Shown one piece after another: positions 11,344 to 22,385 of a stretch of 64,000 nucleotides of DNA (positions within the stretch are counted from its first letter, which is position 1; every line of letters starts with the position of its first letter). The notes under the pieces are model-generated. The model was given only the letters and a program-made list of their open reading frames with translations, had not been told where the DNA came from and made no database searches. The position numbers and the translations under genes were made by a program. Source of the DNA: Clostridia bacterium. GTDB taxonomy: Bacteria > Bacillota > Clostridia > Acetivibrionales > DSM-2933. The stretch spans positions 1-64,000 of the forward strand of contig JAOABQ010000100.1 in the NCBI GenBank assembly GCA_026418275.1, read 5' to 3'.

Positions 11344-11385
11344 GAAACCACACAAAAGTTAACTTTTGTGTGGTTTCTTTTTTTG
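11344..11385 (+). terminator. rho-independent terminator after hppA
   Basis: 17-bp perfect stem gaaaccacacaaaagtt/aacttttgtgtggtttc followed by T8. Confidence 0.8.
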
Positions 11386-11446
11386 AATCTTTAGTATATA
11401 ATATTAATTTGAATAAAGAAAACCGGAATACTTGGGGGTATGTAGG

Positions 11447-12412
11447 ATGTTTTCTGTAACTTTAAGAGAAATTATTGATGAATTCCAATTGGAGGATGTA
11501 TCCGATTGCAGGAGAGTGGATGATATACTGGTAACGACTTCGGACGTAAACCGGCCAGGTCTTCAGTTTGCAGGATACCTTGAGCACTTCGGAACGGACC
11601 GTATACAGATTATAGGAAAAGGCGAGATCGCTTATCTCGAGACGCTCACATCTGTTGAAAGGTATAATATTTTAGATAATTTTTTTAATTGCGGTTTTCC
11701 ATGTATGGTGGTTGCCAGGGGGTTAGAAATATTCCCTGAAATGGTGGATGTTTCTAAGAAATATCAAATTCCGGTATTAAAGTCAGAGGATGTAACGTCC
11801 AGATTTCTTAGCGGCTTGATTCGCTATCTAAACGTTCAGCTTGCTCCAAGAATTACAAAGCACGGAGTATTTGTTGAAGTTTATGGAGAAGGAATTTTGA
11901 TTCTTGGGGACAGTGGTGTTGGAAAGAGTGAAACAGCCCTTGAATTGGTTAAGCGTGGACATCGTTTGGTTGCGGACGATGTTGTTGAAATAAGGAAAGT
12001 TTCGGATAAAACATTGGTAGGAACTGCGCCGGATATCATAAGGCACTTTATTGAAATTAGAGGGATCGGCATCCTGGATGTAAAAAATCTCTATGGTGTT
12101 GGATCTGTAAAGGTAACAGAAAATATAAATTTGGTTATACATTTGGAATTTTGGGATGAAAAGAAGCAATATGACCGGCTTGGCCTTGTGGATGAATTTA
12201 CGGATATTTTGGGAATCCGGGTACCTTCCCTGAATATTCCAGTTAGACCGGGGCGGAACTTGGCAATCATAGTGGAAGTTGCAGCAATGAACAACAGGCA
12301 GAAAAAGATGGGTTATAATGCTGCAAAAGTGTTGAATGAAAGGGTCATGGGTGAGATTAATAAAAATTCGGAACAAGATAAGGAGGGCTCTTTCTGTGAT
12401 GATTGTTATTGA
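11447..12412 (+). CDS. hprK: HPr kinase/phosphorylase
   Basis: Walker A 'GDSGVGKSE', and 'HRLVADDVV' and 'IEIRGIGI' motifs. ATG 11447 follows GGGGG; the track start at 11432 is a TTG. Confidence 0.9.
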   Translation: MFSVTLREIIDEFQLEDVSDCRRVDDILVTTSDVNRPGLQFAGYLEHFGTDRIQIIGKGEIAYLETLTSVERYNILDNFFNCGFPCMVVARGLEIFPEMVDVSKKYQIPVLKSEDVTSRFLSGLIRYLNVQLAPRITKHGVFVEVYGEGILILGDSGVGKSETALELVKRGHRLVADDVVEIRKVSDKTLVGTAPDIIRHFIEIRGIGILDVKNLYGVGSVKVTENINLVIHLEFWDEKKQYDRLGLVDEFTDILGIRVPSLNIPVRPGRNLAIIVEVAAMNNRQKKMGYNAAKVLNERVMGEINKNSEQDKEGSFCDDCY

Positions 12413-13121
12413 TACGCACACACATACCATATCAAGCGGTCATGCGTATAGTACAGTTCAGGAAATGGCAAAGGAAGCAGCAGTAAACGGGGTGAAAATG
12501 TTTGCTGTTACAGATCATGGACCCGCTATGTTGGGCGCACCCTCGCTATATCATTTCGGCAATTTGCACACCATTCCCAGGGAGCTTTATGGTGTAAGAA
12601 TTATAAAGGGTGTGGAAGCCAATATTATTGACTATAACGGCAAGATTGACATACCGGAAATTTATTTAAAGCGGTTGGAATTCGTGTTGGCCAGCTTTCA
12701 TGATATTTGTATCGAACCATCTACAGTGGAGGATCATACCAATGCACTGGTAAACGCATTGAGAAATCCTTATATCGATGCAGTTGCACATCCGGGGAAT
12801 CCTACTTTTCAAGTGGATATTGACAAAGTGGTTGCGGCTGCTAAGAAATACAACAAGTTTATTGAGATCAATAACCATTCCTTTATTGTAAGAACCGGCA
12901 GTGAAAAAAACTGTAAGGAATTTGCGCTTAAGTGTAAGGAAAACGGTGTAAGCATTGTGTGCGGAAGTGATGCACATATTAGTTTTGATGTAGGCAACTT
13001 TGAAAGGGTAAAGAATATTTTAAATGAGGTAGAAATGCCGGAAGAGTTGATCATAAATACGTCGGTGGAACGGTTTGAGGAGTATCTGAGACTGAGAAGG
13101 GAAAGGCTTGCAGCATTGTAA
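12396..13121 (+). CDS. PHP-domain phosphoesterase (YcdX/histidinol-phosphatase-like)
   Basis: 'IDTHTHT' N-terminal His motif plus 'DHG' and 'GSDAH' PHP motifs. It is translationally coupled to hprK; AAGGAGGG precedes GTG 12396/ATG 12399, overlapping the hprK stop. Confidence 0.7.
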   Translation: MMIVIDTHTHTISSGHAYSTVQEMAKEAAVNGVKMFAVTDHGPAMLGAPSLYHFGNLHTIPRELYGVRIIKGVEANIIDYNGKIDIPEIYLKRLEFVLASFHDICIEPSTVEDHTNALVNALRNPYIDAVAHPGNPTFQVDIDKVVAAAKKYNKFIEINNHSFIVRTGSEKNCKEFALKCKENGVSIVCGSDAHISFDVGNFERVKNILNEVEMPEELIINTSVERFEEYLRLRRERLAAL

Positions 13122-13273
13122 TGCATGCGGCAAACTTGATTTCTCTCAATTAATTATTCCCTGAGGGTGAAAAATTTCATTCAGATTTGGCAAAAATACG
13201 ATTATATTGAGGGCAATGCCATCGTAAAATAAATAATAGAAAATTATGGCTTATAGATGAAATAGAAAATAAT

Positions 13274-13370
13274 TATAGATAACAAAGTGTAAAATAGCTT
13301 GAGATGAATTGGCTGACCTATGTGGTTTTTAAGCAATTGTCATTTTTCTTTTACTATTGGTTATCTATAG
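13274..13370 (+). repeat. Family-3 palindromic dispersed repeat (diverged copy)
   Basis: Termini tatagataacaaagtgtaaaatag ... cttttactattggttatctatag match the inverted termini of the copies at 32506 and 45418. It lies 60 bp upstream of murB. Confidence 0.6.
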
Positions 13371-13429
13371 TGGATGTGAAAATTTTATTAATCATTTAAT
13401 TGAGCCTCATTGAATAGGAGCTGGGGATA

Positions 13430-14344
13430 TTGAACAAGGAAGCTTTCGCGGATTTGTTTAAACAAATTGTTGGAGAAATGTCTGTAAGGGTCAATGAACC
13501 AATGAAAAACCATACGTCTTTTAAAGTAGGAGGATATGCCGATATTCTTGTAATGCCCGGGAGTATTGAGAAAATAGCTGAAGTATTAAAAATATGCAGC
13601 GAAAAGGAAATCCCTTATTTCATAATGGGAAATGGAAGTAATTTGGTGGTTAGAGATAAGGGAATTAGAGGTGTAGTTATTAAGCTGTTTGACAATTTAA
13701 GCAGCTTTGAAGTAAAAGATGAGATGATTGAAGCGGATGCAGGGATTCTTCTTTCCAAGATATCCAATGTTGCTCTGCGGCATAGTTTAGCCGGATTGGA
13801 GTTTGCATCGGGTATACCGGGCACACTTGGGGGGGCAGTTGCCATGAATGCGGGTGCTTATGGCGGAGAGATGAAGGAAGTAGTGGTTAAGAGCTTTTGT
13901 ATGGATCAAACAGGAAAAATGATCGTCATAGAGGGGGATGAGCACCGGTTTGGATATCGAACGAGCCGTATTCAAAAGGAGGGCCTTTTGGTGCTTAAGT
14001 CGGTGATGCAGTTAAGGAAGGGTGATCCTAATCAAATAAAGGCTTTAATGGATGATTTAAATAGAAGAAGAAAGGAAAAGCAGCCCCTTCACTTGCCAAG
14101 TGCAGGAAGTGTTTTTAAGCGGCCGGAGGGCTATTTTGCCGGAAAACTCATTGAAGACTGCGGTTTAAGAGGTTTTAGCATTGGAGATGCGGAAGTATCA
14201 GACATGCACTGTGGTTTTATTGTAAACAAAGGGAATGCCTCGGCACAAGATATCATAAATCTGGTTCACCATATACAAAGTGAGGTAAATTCAAAATATG
14301 GGGTAACCCTGCAGACAGAGGTAAGGATTGTTGGAGAAGAGTAA
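13430..14344 (+). CDS. murB: UDP-N-acetylenolpyruvoylglucosamine reductase
   Basis: FAD-binding domain ('FKVGGYADI', 'GSNLVV') and MurB C-terminal domain, 304 aa. Apparent TTG start. Confidence 0.85.
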   Translation: MNKEAFADLFKQIVGEMSVRVNEPMKNHTSFKVGGYADILVMPGSIEKIAEVLKICSEKEIPYFIMGNGSNLVVRDKGIRGVVIKLFDNLSSFEVKDEMIEADAGILLSKISNVALRHSLAGLEFASGIPGTLGGAVAMNAGAYGGEMKEVVVKSFCMDQTGKMIVIEGDEHRFGYRTSRIQKEGLLVLKSVMQLRKGDPNQIKALMDDLNRRRKEKQPLHLPSAGSVFKRPEGYFAGKLIEDCGLRGFSIGDAEVSDMHCGFIVNKGNASAQDIINLVHHIQSEVNSKYGVTLQTEVRIVGEE

Positions 14345-14431
14345 ATCATGTTCCTTACGAAATCAAGAGTACAGGATCAATTCATTTAAAAAACAAAAGA
14401 AATTATATCATGGTGCGTGAGGGAGGTACAA

Positions 14432-15307
14432 ATGAGGTTTGTAATTATTACAGGAGTTTCAGGTGCCGGTAAAAGCCATGTTATTAAATATTTAGAGGAT
14501 ATAGGGTATTTTTGTGTCGATAATCTCCCCCCATCTTTGATACCGAAGTTTGCTGAAATTTGTACACATAGCGGTGGAAAGATGGAAAAGATTGCTTTAA
14601 TTATTGATATACGGGGTGGGGAACTTTTTAAGGACCTGTTTCCAAGTTTATCTGCTTTAAAGGAATCGGGAATGACCTATGAAATATTGTTTCTTGAGGC
14701 GTCGGATGAAGTTCTTATTAAAAGATTTAAAGAAAACCGCAGGACCCATCCCCTTGCCAGAGAAGGCAGGCTGATTAGGGGGATTAAAGAAGAAAGATAT
14801 ATTTTACATGAAGTAAAGGAAAAGGCAAACCATATAATTGATACTTCAAATCTTACACCAAGACAATTAAAAGAAGAGATTGTAAGAATTTTTGGAGAAG
14901 GCAAAAACTTTGAAGGAATGATTATAAGCATCATGTCCTTCGGTTTTAAGTATGGTATACCTACGGATTGTGATCTTGTTTTTGATGTACGGTTTATACC
15001 AAATCCATACTACATCGACTCGATGAAAAAATTAACCGGAAAAAATGAATTGGTAAAAAATTATGTTTTAAATTCCAATGGGACTTCTGAGTTTTTGAAT
15101 AAACTAGGCGAACTTTTGGAATTCTTAATACCGAATTATATAAAGGAAGGGAAAACCCAACTGGTAATCGGAATTGGCTGCACTGGGGGAAAACACCGGT
15201 CTGTGACTATTGCGGACGCTTTGCATGGCGTGCTTCAAGGAAAGCAGCATAGCGTTGTAATTGATCACAGGGATATAGAGAAAGACAACAGAGGTGCAAA
15301 AAGATGA
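14432..15307 (+). CDS. rapZ: RNase adapter / nucleotide-binding protein RapZ (YvcJ)
   Basis: P-loop 'GVSGAGKS' at the N-terminus, 'DNLP' motif, about 290 aa. Confidence 0.85.
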   Translation: MRFVIITGVSGAGKSHVIKYLEDIGYFCVDNLPPSLIPKFAEICTHSGGKMEKIALIIDIRGGELFKDLFPSLSALKESGMTYEILFLEASDEVLIKRFKENRRTHPLAREGRLIRGIKEERYILHEVKEKANHIIDTSNLTPRQLKEEIVRIFGEGKNFEGMIISIMSFGFKYGIPTDCDLVFDVRFIPNPYYIDSMKKLTGKNELVKNYVLNSNGTSEFLNKLGELLEFLIPNYIKEGKTQLVIGIGCTGGKHRSVTIADALHGVLQGKQHSVVIDHRDIEKDNRGAKR

Positions 15308-16635
15308 GAATGCTCGATTGGTTAAGACCCGGGATCAGAGTTAAGAGATGGCTGTTCCTTGGGGTTATAGGGATTACCAGCATTAGTTTTGGGTTGTCCT
15401 TTTTGCTGAGAGAAATATACATCAGCACGGTGGAAAAAATTCTTGCCACACTGCTTATATTAAGTGGGTGTGTATTTATATTCCTTTCTATAAAATATGT
15501 AACAAAAACCTTTTTGCAGGCAATTTCCGGGGCTTATTTCAATATTTCGTTAGATTCAAACAGGCTGAGCAGCCTCTTATATGAAAAGAGGATTTTGATA
15601 AAAGGCCCCAAAATCGTTGCTATCGGAGGAGGGACCGGGCTTTCGGCCATGCTCCGGGGTCTAAAGCTTTACAGTTCAAACATTACGGCGATTGTCACTG
15701 TTGCAGACGATGGAGGAAGTTCGGGAATTTTAAGGCAGGACCTGGGAATCCTTCCTCCAGGGGATATTCGGAACTGCGTACTGGCCCTTGCCGATACGGA
15801 ACCGATCATGGAAAAACTCTTACAGTACCGTTTTCAAGACGGTATGTTAAAGGGACAAAGCTTCGGCAACCTCTTTTTAGCAGCAATGGACGGCATATCT
15901 GAAAGCTTTGAGGAAGCAGTGAAAAAAATGAGTGACGTTTTGGCGGTGACGGGCAGGGTTTTGCCGGTTACGCTGGATGATGTGAAGCTTAGCGCAGAGC
16001 TTGAAGACGGATTTGTAATTTGGGGAGAATCTCAAATTGGAAAACATAATGAATTTCATCCCGGGAAAATTAAAAAGGTATTTTTAGAGCCCGGCGAAGT
16101 AACACCCTTTCAGGAAGCTTTAGATGCAATTTCCGAAGCTGATGTGATCATATTCGGCCCGGGCAGCCTCTATACGAGTATTATACCCAATTTACTTGTT
16201 GATAAGGTTTGCACCCATATAAAAAATTCCAATGCCCTAAAAATTTTTGTCTGCAATGTAATGACTCAGCCGGGAGAAACCGATAATTATTCCGTATATG
16301 ATCATATTGAAGCTATAGAAAAACACGCTTATAAAGGAATTATTGATTACTGTATCGCGAATACAGCGGAAATTCCGCCCGAATTGGAAGCGAAGTATAT
16401 GGAGGACGGAGCTTCAAAAGTGCGGGTGGATATTGAAAGGATTCAAGCAGCAGGGGTAAAAATGATTCAAGGAAATTTTGTCAGCTTAAATCATAATTTT
16501 GTAAGACATAGTCCTGAGAAACTGGCAGAAGCAGTGATGAACCTCATTGCGGAAGCAGTACTTTCCAAAGATAAGAAAAGGGTGTTGGATTATTTCTATG
16601 TCAAGGATCGGCTAAAAAAACTGGTTACTGGGTAG
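15304..16635 (+). CDS. yvcK: YvcK/UPF0052 (CofD-like) gluconeogenesis/cell-wall factor with N-terminal TM extension
   Basis: '[10 protein letters not shown]' and 'DDGGSSG' motifs. Its start overlaps the rapZ stop. The N-terminal ~95 aa are two TM helices, an unusual extension. Confidence 0.8.
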   Translation: MRMLDWLRPGIRVKRWLFLGVIGITSISFGLSFLLREIYISTVEKILATLLILSGCVFIFLSIKYVTKTFLQAISGAYFNISLDSNRLSSLLYEKRILIKGPKIVAIGGGTGLSAMLRGLKLYSSNITAIVTVADDGGSSGILRQDLGILPPGDIRNCVLALADTEPIMEKLLQYRFQDGMLKGQSFGNLFLAAMDGISESFEEAVKKMSDVLAVTGRVLPVTLDDVKLSAELEDGFVIWGESQIGKHNEFHPGKIKKVFLEPGEVTPFQEALDAISEADVIIFGPGSLYTSIIPNLLVDKVCTHIKNSNALKIFVCNVMTQPGETDNYSVYDHIEAIEKHAYKGIIDYCIANTAEIPPELEAKYMEDGASKVRVDIERIQAAGVKMIQGNFVSLNHNFVRHSPEKLAEAVMNLIAEAVLSKDKKRVLDYFYVKDRLKKLVTG

Positions 16636-16673
16636 AATAAAATTAGTTTATCTTTTACACAGGAGGATGGGAT

Positions 16674-18638
16674 ATGGAATTTGGGAAATCTAGCTGGAAG
16701 ACTTTCGAAAGAGGAATCGAAAAAGAGTGGCTTTTAACAAATGGAATCGGAGGATTTGCATCATCTACCATCATTGGAGTGAATACCAGACGATATCATG
16801 GATTATTGGTAGCCTCCTTGAATCCGCCGGTAAAAAGACATCTTGTATTGTCTAAAATTGACGAGAGTATCATTATAAACGATGAATCCTATAATCTATA
16901 TTCGTATCAGACACCCGATTATATTATGCGGGGTTATCTTCATTTACAAAGGGTAATTGTAGATCATATTCCCACATTTATTTATCATGTGCGGGATGTA
17001 TTAATAGAAAAGAAAATCACGATGGTTTACGGTGAAAACACCGTAGCTGTAGTTTATCATATTATAAACGGTTCGGGCAGTACAAGGCTCAAATTGTCTC
17101 CTTTGGTTAATTTTAGGGACTATCATCATAATTCAAACAGGGATTTTTTAAACTTTACCAGAAAATCCGGTGAAAATGGAGTTGTCATTACACCATCCTA
17201 CTATGATATTGACATTCAAATATCCTGCAGTGAAGGAAATTTCATAAAGGAAGACAATTGCTACTTTTTAAATATGTTATATTCGGTAGAGCGGGAACGG
17301 GGGCTTCAAGCGGCAGAGGACCATTATATTCCCGGTTATTTTGAAGTAGATATCAAGCCTTTTGAGGAAAAGTATATTACGGTGCTGGCCACGGTAGAAA
17401 AGGAAATCAAGCATCATGACGGACTTACTTTGATTCGCGAGGAAGAACAGCGTGTTAAACTCCTGATTGAAAAAGCAGGCTATAAGGATCCCTTTGCTCA
17501 AAGGCTTGTAAAGGCGGCGGATGCTTTTATCGTAGATAGAAAATCTACAGGTGCCAAGACTGTCATCGCAGGCTATCCCTGGTTTACCGATTGGGGTAGG
17601 GACACGATGATTGCCCTTCCCGGCTTAACCCTTTCTACTAAACGTTTCGATGACGCGAAGGATATTTTATATTCGTTTTCACGGTATGTCCGGCATGGGC
17701 TTGTACCGAATATGTTTCCCGATGAGGGTCAGGAGCCGGTCTATAACACTGTAGATGCAGCTTTGTGGTACTTTGAAGCTGTAAATAAATATGTTGACTA
17801 TACAAAGGATTTTGATTTTATTAAAGATAGTGTTTATACGAGGCTGAAAGAAATTGTTTCCGGATATGAAAAAGGGACCCTTTTCCATATTAAAATGGAT
17901 GAGGATTTCCTGATTAGCGCAGGGGATGCCGGTACGCAGCTAACCTGGATGGACGCTAAAGTTGGGGACTGGGTGGTGACGCCAAGACATGGCAAGGCAG
18001 TTGAGATTAATGCTTTGTGGCATAACGCGCTCATGGTCATGGCAAGGCTGGCAAAACAGTTTGGAGAGGAAAGCAGCGGCTTTGAAGAACTCGCCGCTAA
18101 TGTAAAGGAATCCTTTGTTAAACTTTTCTGGAATGAAGAGGGCAGATACCTTAATGACATCATTAATGGAAGCTACAGGGATGACCGGATACGTCCCAAT
18201 CAGATATTGGCTGTAAGCCTTTCCTTTCCGGTTATTGAAGGTGAGATGGCAAAAAAAGTAGTGGAAAAGGTATGGAAGGAATTATATACGGGCTACGGAT
18301 TAAGAACCTTGTCTCCAGGAGCTAGAGAATATAGAGGAATTTATATCGGAGACCAGTATAGCAGAGATGGAGCATATCACCAGGGGACAGTTTGGACTTG
18401 GCCCTTAGGGCACTTTATAACAGCTTTTGTCAGGGTCAACGGCAATACGAAAGGCAGCATACGGAAAGCCCTTATGTTGATTGAACCTATAAAGGACCAT
18501 ATAGAGGATGCCTGTATCGGATCGATTTCGGAGATCTTTGACGGGGATGAACCCTTAAACCCACGGGGGTGTTTTGCACAAGCGTGGAGTGTTGCAGAAA
18601 TACTGAGGGCTTATTCTGAGGATATCGGGGCTCAATAG
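16674..18638 (+). CDS. amylo-alpha-1,6-glucosidase / glycogen-debranching-enzyme family protein (GDE_N + GDE_C, bacterial/archaeal type)
   Basis: The C-terminal (alpha/alpha)6-barrel motifs 'GYPWFTDWGRDTMIA' and 'AQAWSVAE' are typical of GDE_C. Confidence 0.7.
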   Translation: MEFGKSSWKTFERGIEKEWLLTNGIGGFASSTIIGVNTRRYHGLLVASLNPPVKRHLVLSKIDESIIINDESYNLYSYQTPDYIMRGYLHLQRVIVDHIPTFIYHVRDVLIEKKITMVYGENTVAVVYHIINGSGSTRLKLSPLVNFRDYHHNSNRDFLNFTRKSGENGVVITPSYYDIDIQISCSEGNFIKEDNCYFLNMLYSVERERGLQAAEDHYIPGYFEVDIKPFEEKYITVLATVEKEIKHHDGLTLIREEEQRVKLLIEKAGYKDPFAQRLVKAADAFIVDRKSTGAKTVIAGYPWFTDWGRDTMIALPGLTLSTKRFDDAKDILYSFSRYVRHGLVPNMFPDEGQEPVYNTVDAALWYFEAVNKYVDYTKDFDFIKDSVYTRLKEIVSGYEKGTLFHIKMDEDFLISAGDAGTQLTWMDAKVGDWVVTPRHGKAVEINALWHNALMVMARLAKQFGEESSGFEELAANVKESFVKLFWNEEGRYLNDIINGSYRDDRIRPNQILAVSLSFPVIEGEMAKKVVEKVWKELYTGYGLRTLSPGAREYRGIYIGDQYSRDGAYHQGTVWTWPLGHFITAFVRVNGNTKGSIRKALMLIEPIKDHIEDACIGSISEIFDGDEPLNPRGCFAQAWSVAEILRAYSEDIGAQ

Positions 18639-18894
18639 CAGGCGGTGAGTGTTTTGTTAAAGTCATGAAATTGATTAAATCCGGATTTTCGAAATTTTAT
18701 AGAATTGCAAATTAATATTTTTTATGTTATATTTACTAATAAGAAAATTCCAAAGATTGGTCACTTGGCCCCATTACTTCAAATCGACCCTAATTTAAAG
18801 CCCTTTGCGGAAAGTATTTGGGTGTGATTAATGATGCTGCTTCTAAAAACAATTGAGATAATTGATGCGATGAATAAATTGATGCCGAGACGGG

Positions 18895-19863
18895 GTGTGG
18901 AACTTGTCATTCTCATCCATAATTAAAAACGAGCTATGCAGGTTGGAGATGAATGAAAAATGTTGTATGCTCTCCGAACTATCTGCGGTTATTCGGATAA
19001 ACGGAACTCTTAAAGTAATTGACCAGGGTGGGGTAAATATAAGGATTACCACTGAAAATGCGGCTTTTGCAAGAAGAGTGTTTTCAATGATAAAAAAAGT
19101 CTACAATATTTATCCAGAGGTGGTTATCCGAAAAAGTAAAAAGTTAAAAAAACATGTTACTTATATGTTGGTTATTACTGCACCAATGGGAACGGAACTA
19201 ATCTTGGAGGATGCTGGAATAAAAAAAGCAGCTAATACCGGAAAACAAATTGGGATGACCTATTTAAGGAGACTTTTTAAAAAGAACTGCTGTAAAAAGG
19301 CCTACCTGCGAGGGGCTTTTTTGGCAGGAGGATCTATCAGTGATCCTGAAAAGACTTATCATTTAGAGATTAATCATCATAATGGGTATTGTGCAGATGA
19401 GATTTGCGAACTCATCGGCAAATTTGGATTAAATGCTAAAGTGATTCAGCGTAAGGGCAGTTTTGTAACTTATTTAAAGGAAGGAGAAAATATTGTCGAT
19501 TTTTTAAACATCATGGGTGCTCACTCGGCACTTTTGGAAATGGAAAATATTCGAATTCTAAAAGAAATGAGAAATAATGTAAACCGGATTGTGAACTGTG
19601 AGACTGCAAATTTAGATAAAACCATTAATGCGTCCATCCGGCAAATTGAAAATATAAAGTATATCCGCGATCATATCGGGTTTGATCACCTCCCTAATAG
19701 CCTTAGGGAAATGGCTGAATTAAGACTGGAATACAGCGATAACAACCTCAAGGAATTGGGGGAGATGCTGACACCGCCTCTTGGGAAATCGGGTGTCAAT
19801 CACAGGCTTAGAAAATTGGATAAGATTGCGGAAGATGCAAGAATTGCGAAAGGGGAGATATAG
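18895..19863 (+). CDS. whiA: sporulation/cell-division transcription factor WhiA
   Basis: 'SFSS-IKNELCR' N-terminus, LAGLIDADG-like repeats and a C-terminal HTH, 322 aa. It sits in the conserved position after yvcK. Confidence 0.85.
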   Translation: MWNLSFSSIIKNELCRLEMNEKCCMLSELSAVIRINGTLKVIDQGGVNIRITTENAAFARRVFSMIKKVYNIYPEVVIRKSKKLKKHVTYMLVITAPMGTELILEDAGIKKAANTGKQIGMTYLRRLFKKNCCKKAYLRGAFLAGGSISDPEKTYHLEINHHNGYCADEICELIGKFGLNAKVIQRKGSFVTYLKEGENIVDFLNIMGAHSALLEMENIRILKEMRNNVNRIVNCETANLDKTINASIRQIENIKYIRDHIGFDHLPNSLREMAELRLEYSDNNLKELGEMLTPPLGKSGVNHRLRKLDKIAEDARIAKGEI

Positions 19864-20127
19864 GTGATTGAAGAAACAGTTGAAATATCCAATCCGTCTG
19901 GATTGCATGCCAGGCCGGCTGCAATGTTTGTACAAGCTGCAGGTAAATACACTTCAAATATTTGGATTATCAAAGATGAAAGAAAAGTAAATGCAAAAAG
20001 TATTATGGGCTTGATGTCCCTAGCCGTTTCTAAAGGTTCGGAAATTATTATCGGTGCGGAAGGTGAAGATGAACAAACTGCGGTGAATGATTTGATTGAC
20101 CTTATTGAATCCGGCTTTGGTGAATAG
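19864..20127 (+). CDS. ptsH: phosphocarrier protein HPr (His15 and Ser46 both present)
   Basis: 'GLHARPA' with His15 and 'KSIMGLMSL' with Ser46, 87 aa. Its GTG start abuts the whiA stop. Confidence 0.8.
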   Translation: MIEETVEISNPSGLHARPAAMFVQAAGKYTSNIWIIKDERKVNAKSIMGLMSLAVSKGSEIIIGAEGEDEQTAVNDLIDLIESGFGE

Positions 20128-20147
20128 AATAAAATAAATTAATGAAG

Positions 20148-20185
20148 AAAGTCTGGTCATGCTGCCAGACTTTTGTCGTTTTTGA
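20148..20185 (+). terminator. rho-independent terminator after ptsH
   Basis: agtctggtcatgctgccagact hairpin followed by tttt-g-tcgttttt. Confidence 0.7.
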
Positions 20186-20279
20186 TCGAACTTTTTTTAC
20201 CGAATTACAAAAACATACATTTTTCTTCGAAGGAATTCATTTGGAAATAAAGAATATCTTTATCATCATTAAAAGGAGG

Positions 20280-20636
20280 ATGAGGATATTGCAAATCAAA
20301 TTTAGTAACCGGGGTACCATACTGATTGTAAATATTAATGGGGAGTTGGATCATCATTCAGCAGAATATTTAAGGGAGAAAATTGATGCTCAAATTATAA
20401 AGTCAACAACAAAGAACATCTTATTTGATTTTTCTAACGTAAGCTTTATGGACAGCTCCGGAATTGGTGTGATTATGGGACGGTATAAAAATATACAAAG
20501 ATTTAACGGAAAAGTGGCCATGGTTAATTTAAATGCACAAATCAAGCGGATTTTTGAAATGTCCGGCCTTTTTAAACTGATACCGTTTTACGAAAATGTG
20601 GATCATGCTATCACATTTCTAGGAGAAGCAGTTTAG
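20280..20636 (+). CDS. spoIIAA: anti-sigma-F factor antagonist SpoIIAA (STAS domain)
   Basis: STAS domain with phosphorylatable Ser in 'DSSGIG'. AAAAGGAGGA precedes ATG 20280. The track ORF from 20142 runs through the upstream terminator and is an artefact. Confidence 0.85.
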   Translation: MRILQIKFSNRGTILIVNINGELDHHSAEYLREKIDAQIIKSTTKNILFDFSNVSFMDSSGIGVIMGRYKNIQRFNGKVAMVNLNAQIKRIFEMSGLFKLIPFYENVDHAITFLGEAV

Positions 20637-20753
20637 GAAAAGAAAAGCCTTTTACCCCCCATTGAATCTCCTTCCATTCCAAGGGAAGGAGGTTTTAGGG
20701 ATGGGTTATAGCACAACACATTAAATTATAAATTTTGTAAAGGGGAATAAATA

Positions 20754-21188
20754 ATGCAACCTATTAATGAAATGAGTTTAGAGTTTTTGAGTAAATCCAA
20801 TAACGAATCGTTTGCACGAATTGTTGTTGCTGCATTTGTATCTCAAATTGATCCCACTGTTGAAGAACTTGCCGATATTAAGACAGCTGTTTCTGAGGCT
20901 GTCACCAATTCAATCATACATGGTTATGAAAAAAAGATAGGGTTTGTAAGAATCAATTGCAGGCTCTTTATCGACAGTATTGAAATCATGATTATAGATG
21001 AAGGAAAAGGAATTGAAGATGTGGACCTTGCCAGACAGCCCCTGTATACTTCCAAACCTGAAATGGAGAGATCGGGTATGGGATTTACCGTTATGGAAAG
21101 TTTTATGGATAGGGTGGAAGTATGCTCTGAGATAGGAAGCGGTACAAAAATTACCATGTTTAAAACCTTCACATCTTTGAAAAAATAA
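20754..21188 (+). CDS. spoIIAB: anti-sigma-F factor / serine kinase SpoIIAB
   Basis: GHKL ATPase motifs '[10 protein letters not shown]' and 'DEGKGI', 144 aa. Confidence 0.9.
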   Translation: MQPINEMSLEFLSKSNNESFARIVVAAFVSQIDPTVEELADIKTAVSEAVTNSIIHGYEKKIGFVRINCRLFIDSIEIMIIDEGKGIEDVDLARQPLYTSKPEMERSGMGFTVMESFMDRVEVCSEIGSGTKITMFKTFTSLKK

Positions 21189-21290
21189 ATTTTTTTACAT
21201 AAACATGTAATAAAATTCAAAAAAATATACATAATACCAATAAGGGGTTTGTGACCTAAGCGAACACTAACTACGAAAGGTTAAGATAAC

Positions 21291-22034
21291 ATGAAGGAAA
21301 ATGAAAACGGCAATGTATTCGATTTAATAGAGAAAGCCAAATTAGGCGATAAAATGGCTCAAACGCAGCTAATTGAGGGAAATGTCGGTTTGGTTTGGAG
21401 TATTGTCCGCAGATTTCAAAATAGAGGTTATGAAATGGATGATCTTTACCAGGTAGGGTGTATAGGATTAATTAAAGCAATCAATAAATTTGACAAAAGT
21501 TATGACGTTAAATTTTCTACATATGCTGTTCCTATGATCATTGGTGAGATTAAGCGTTTTATCAGGGATGACGGTATCATTAAAGTGAGCCGTTCGTTGA
21601 AAGAAATATCCAATAAGGCAAGAGTAACGAAAGAGATTATGAGTAAGGAATTGGGACGGGAACCAACGATAAACGAGATGGCAGCACGGCTCAATATTCC
21701 TCCGGAGGAACTGGTTATGGCATTGGAAGCCGGATGGTCCCCGGAGTCCTTATATAATACGGTAGGAGAGGGGGACAATTCGCCTATTTTATTGATAGAC
21801 CGCATTGACAGTGAAGGAAATAGTAAGGAAGTCGACCTGATCGATAAAATTGCTTTGAGGCAGATTTTAGAGACCCTGAAGCCAAGAGAGCGGCAGATTA
21901 TTGTACTTAGGTATTTTAAAGAAAAAACCCAGATACAAATTGCCAAAATGTTAGGAATTTCCCAGGTCCAGGTTTCAAGAATTGAGAAAAAAATCTTGGA
22001 AGATATTAAAAAGAAAATAAGCATTAATGAATAA
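21291..22034 (+). CDS. sigF: RNA polymerase sporulation sigma factor sigma-F
   Basis: Sigma-70 regions 2-4 ('YAVPMIIGEIKRFIRD'), 247 aa. It is third in the spoIIA operon. Confidence 0.9.
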   Translation: MKENENGNVFDLIEKAKLGDKMAQTQLIEGNVGLVWSIVRRFQNRGYEMDDLYQVGCIGLIKAINKFDKSYDVKFSTYAVPMIIGEIKRFIRDDGIIKVSRSLKEISNKARVTKEIMSKELGREPTINEMAARLNIPPEELVMALEAGWSPESLYNTVGEGDNSPILLIDRIDSEGNSKEVDLIDKIALRQILETLKPRERQIIVLRYFKEKTQIQIAKMLGISQVQVSRIEKKILEDIKKKISINE

Positions 22035-22103
22035 AAAATGTAAAAGATATACAGAGATTAAGTAATATGACAAAAGGCAAAAATATGTGAATGATATAGA
22101 TCA

Positions 22104-22195
22104 TACTAAAAACTTTACATTTGACAGAGCGTCCAGCGTATGGTTTTAGCGCACATTGGACAGGCAAATGTAAAGTTTTTTGCGTTATCTATAAA
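22104..22195 (+). repeat. Family-2 dispersed repeat (long hairpin + T-tract), copy 1
   Basis: About 90% identical to 51594-51686. Outer stem ctttacatttg/caaatgtaaag followed by tttttt. Confidence 0.7.
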
Positions 22196-22385
22196 CTGGA
22201 TATGAATGTGAATCGCATATTTTTTTTTATTTGCTACATACTATAAAAAGTTACAAATATTAATGATATCAACATATTTGTATGCTGATTATCCTAAAGA
22301 GCCGGTCAATGCTTCGAATCGGTCTGAAGATGCCTTCTTTGAAGGAGATCGGCAATAATTTAAACGCAGGATTGGAGTAGTTTTT

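Noticed and set aside
20142-20279. Long N-terminal extension of spoIIAA in the ORF track.
   Set aside because: The extension reads through the ptsH terminator hairpin. A strong RBS and ATG at 20280 give a normal ~118-aa STAS protein.
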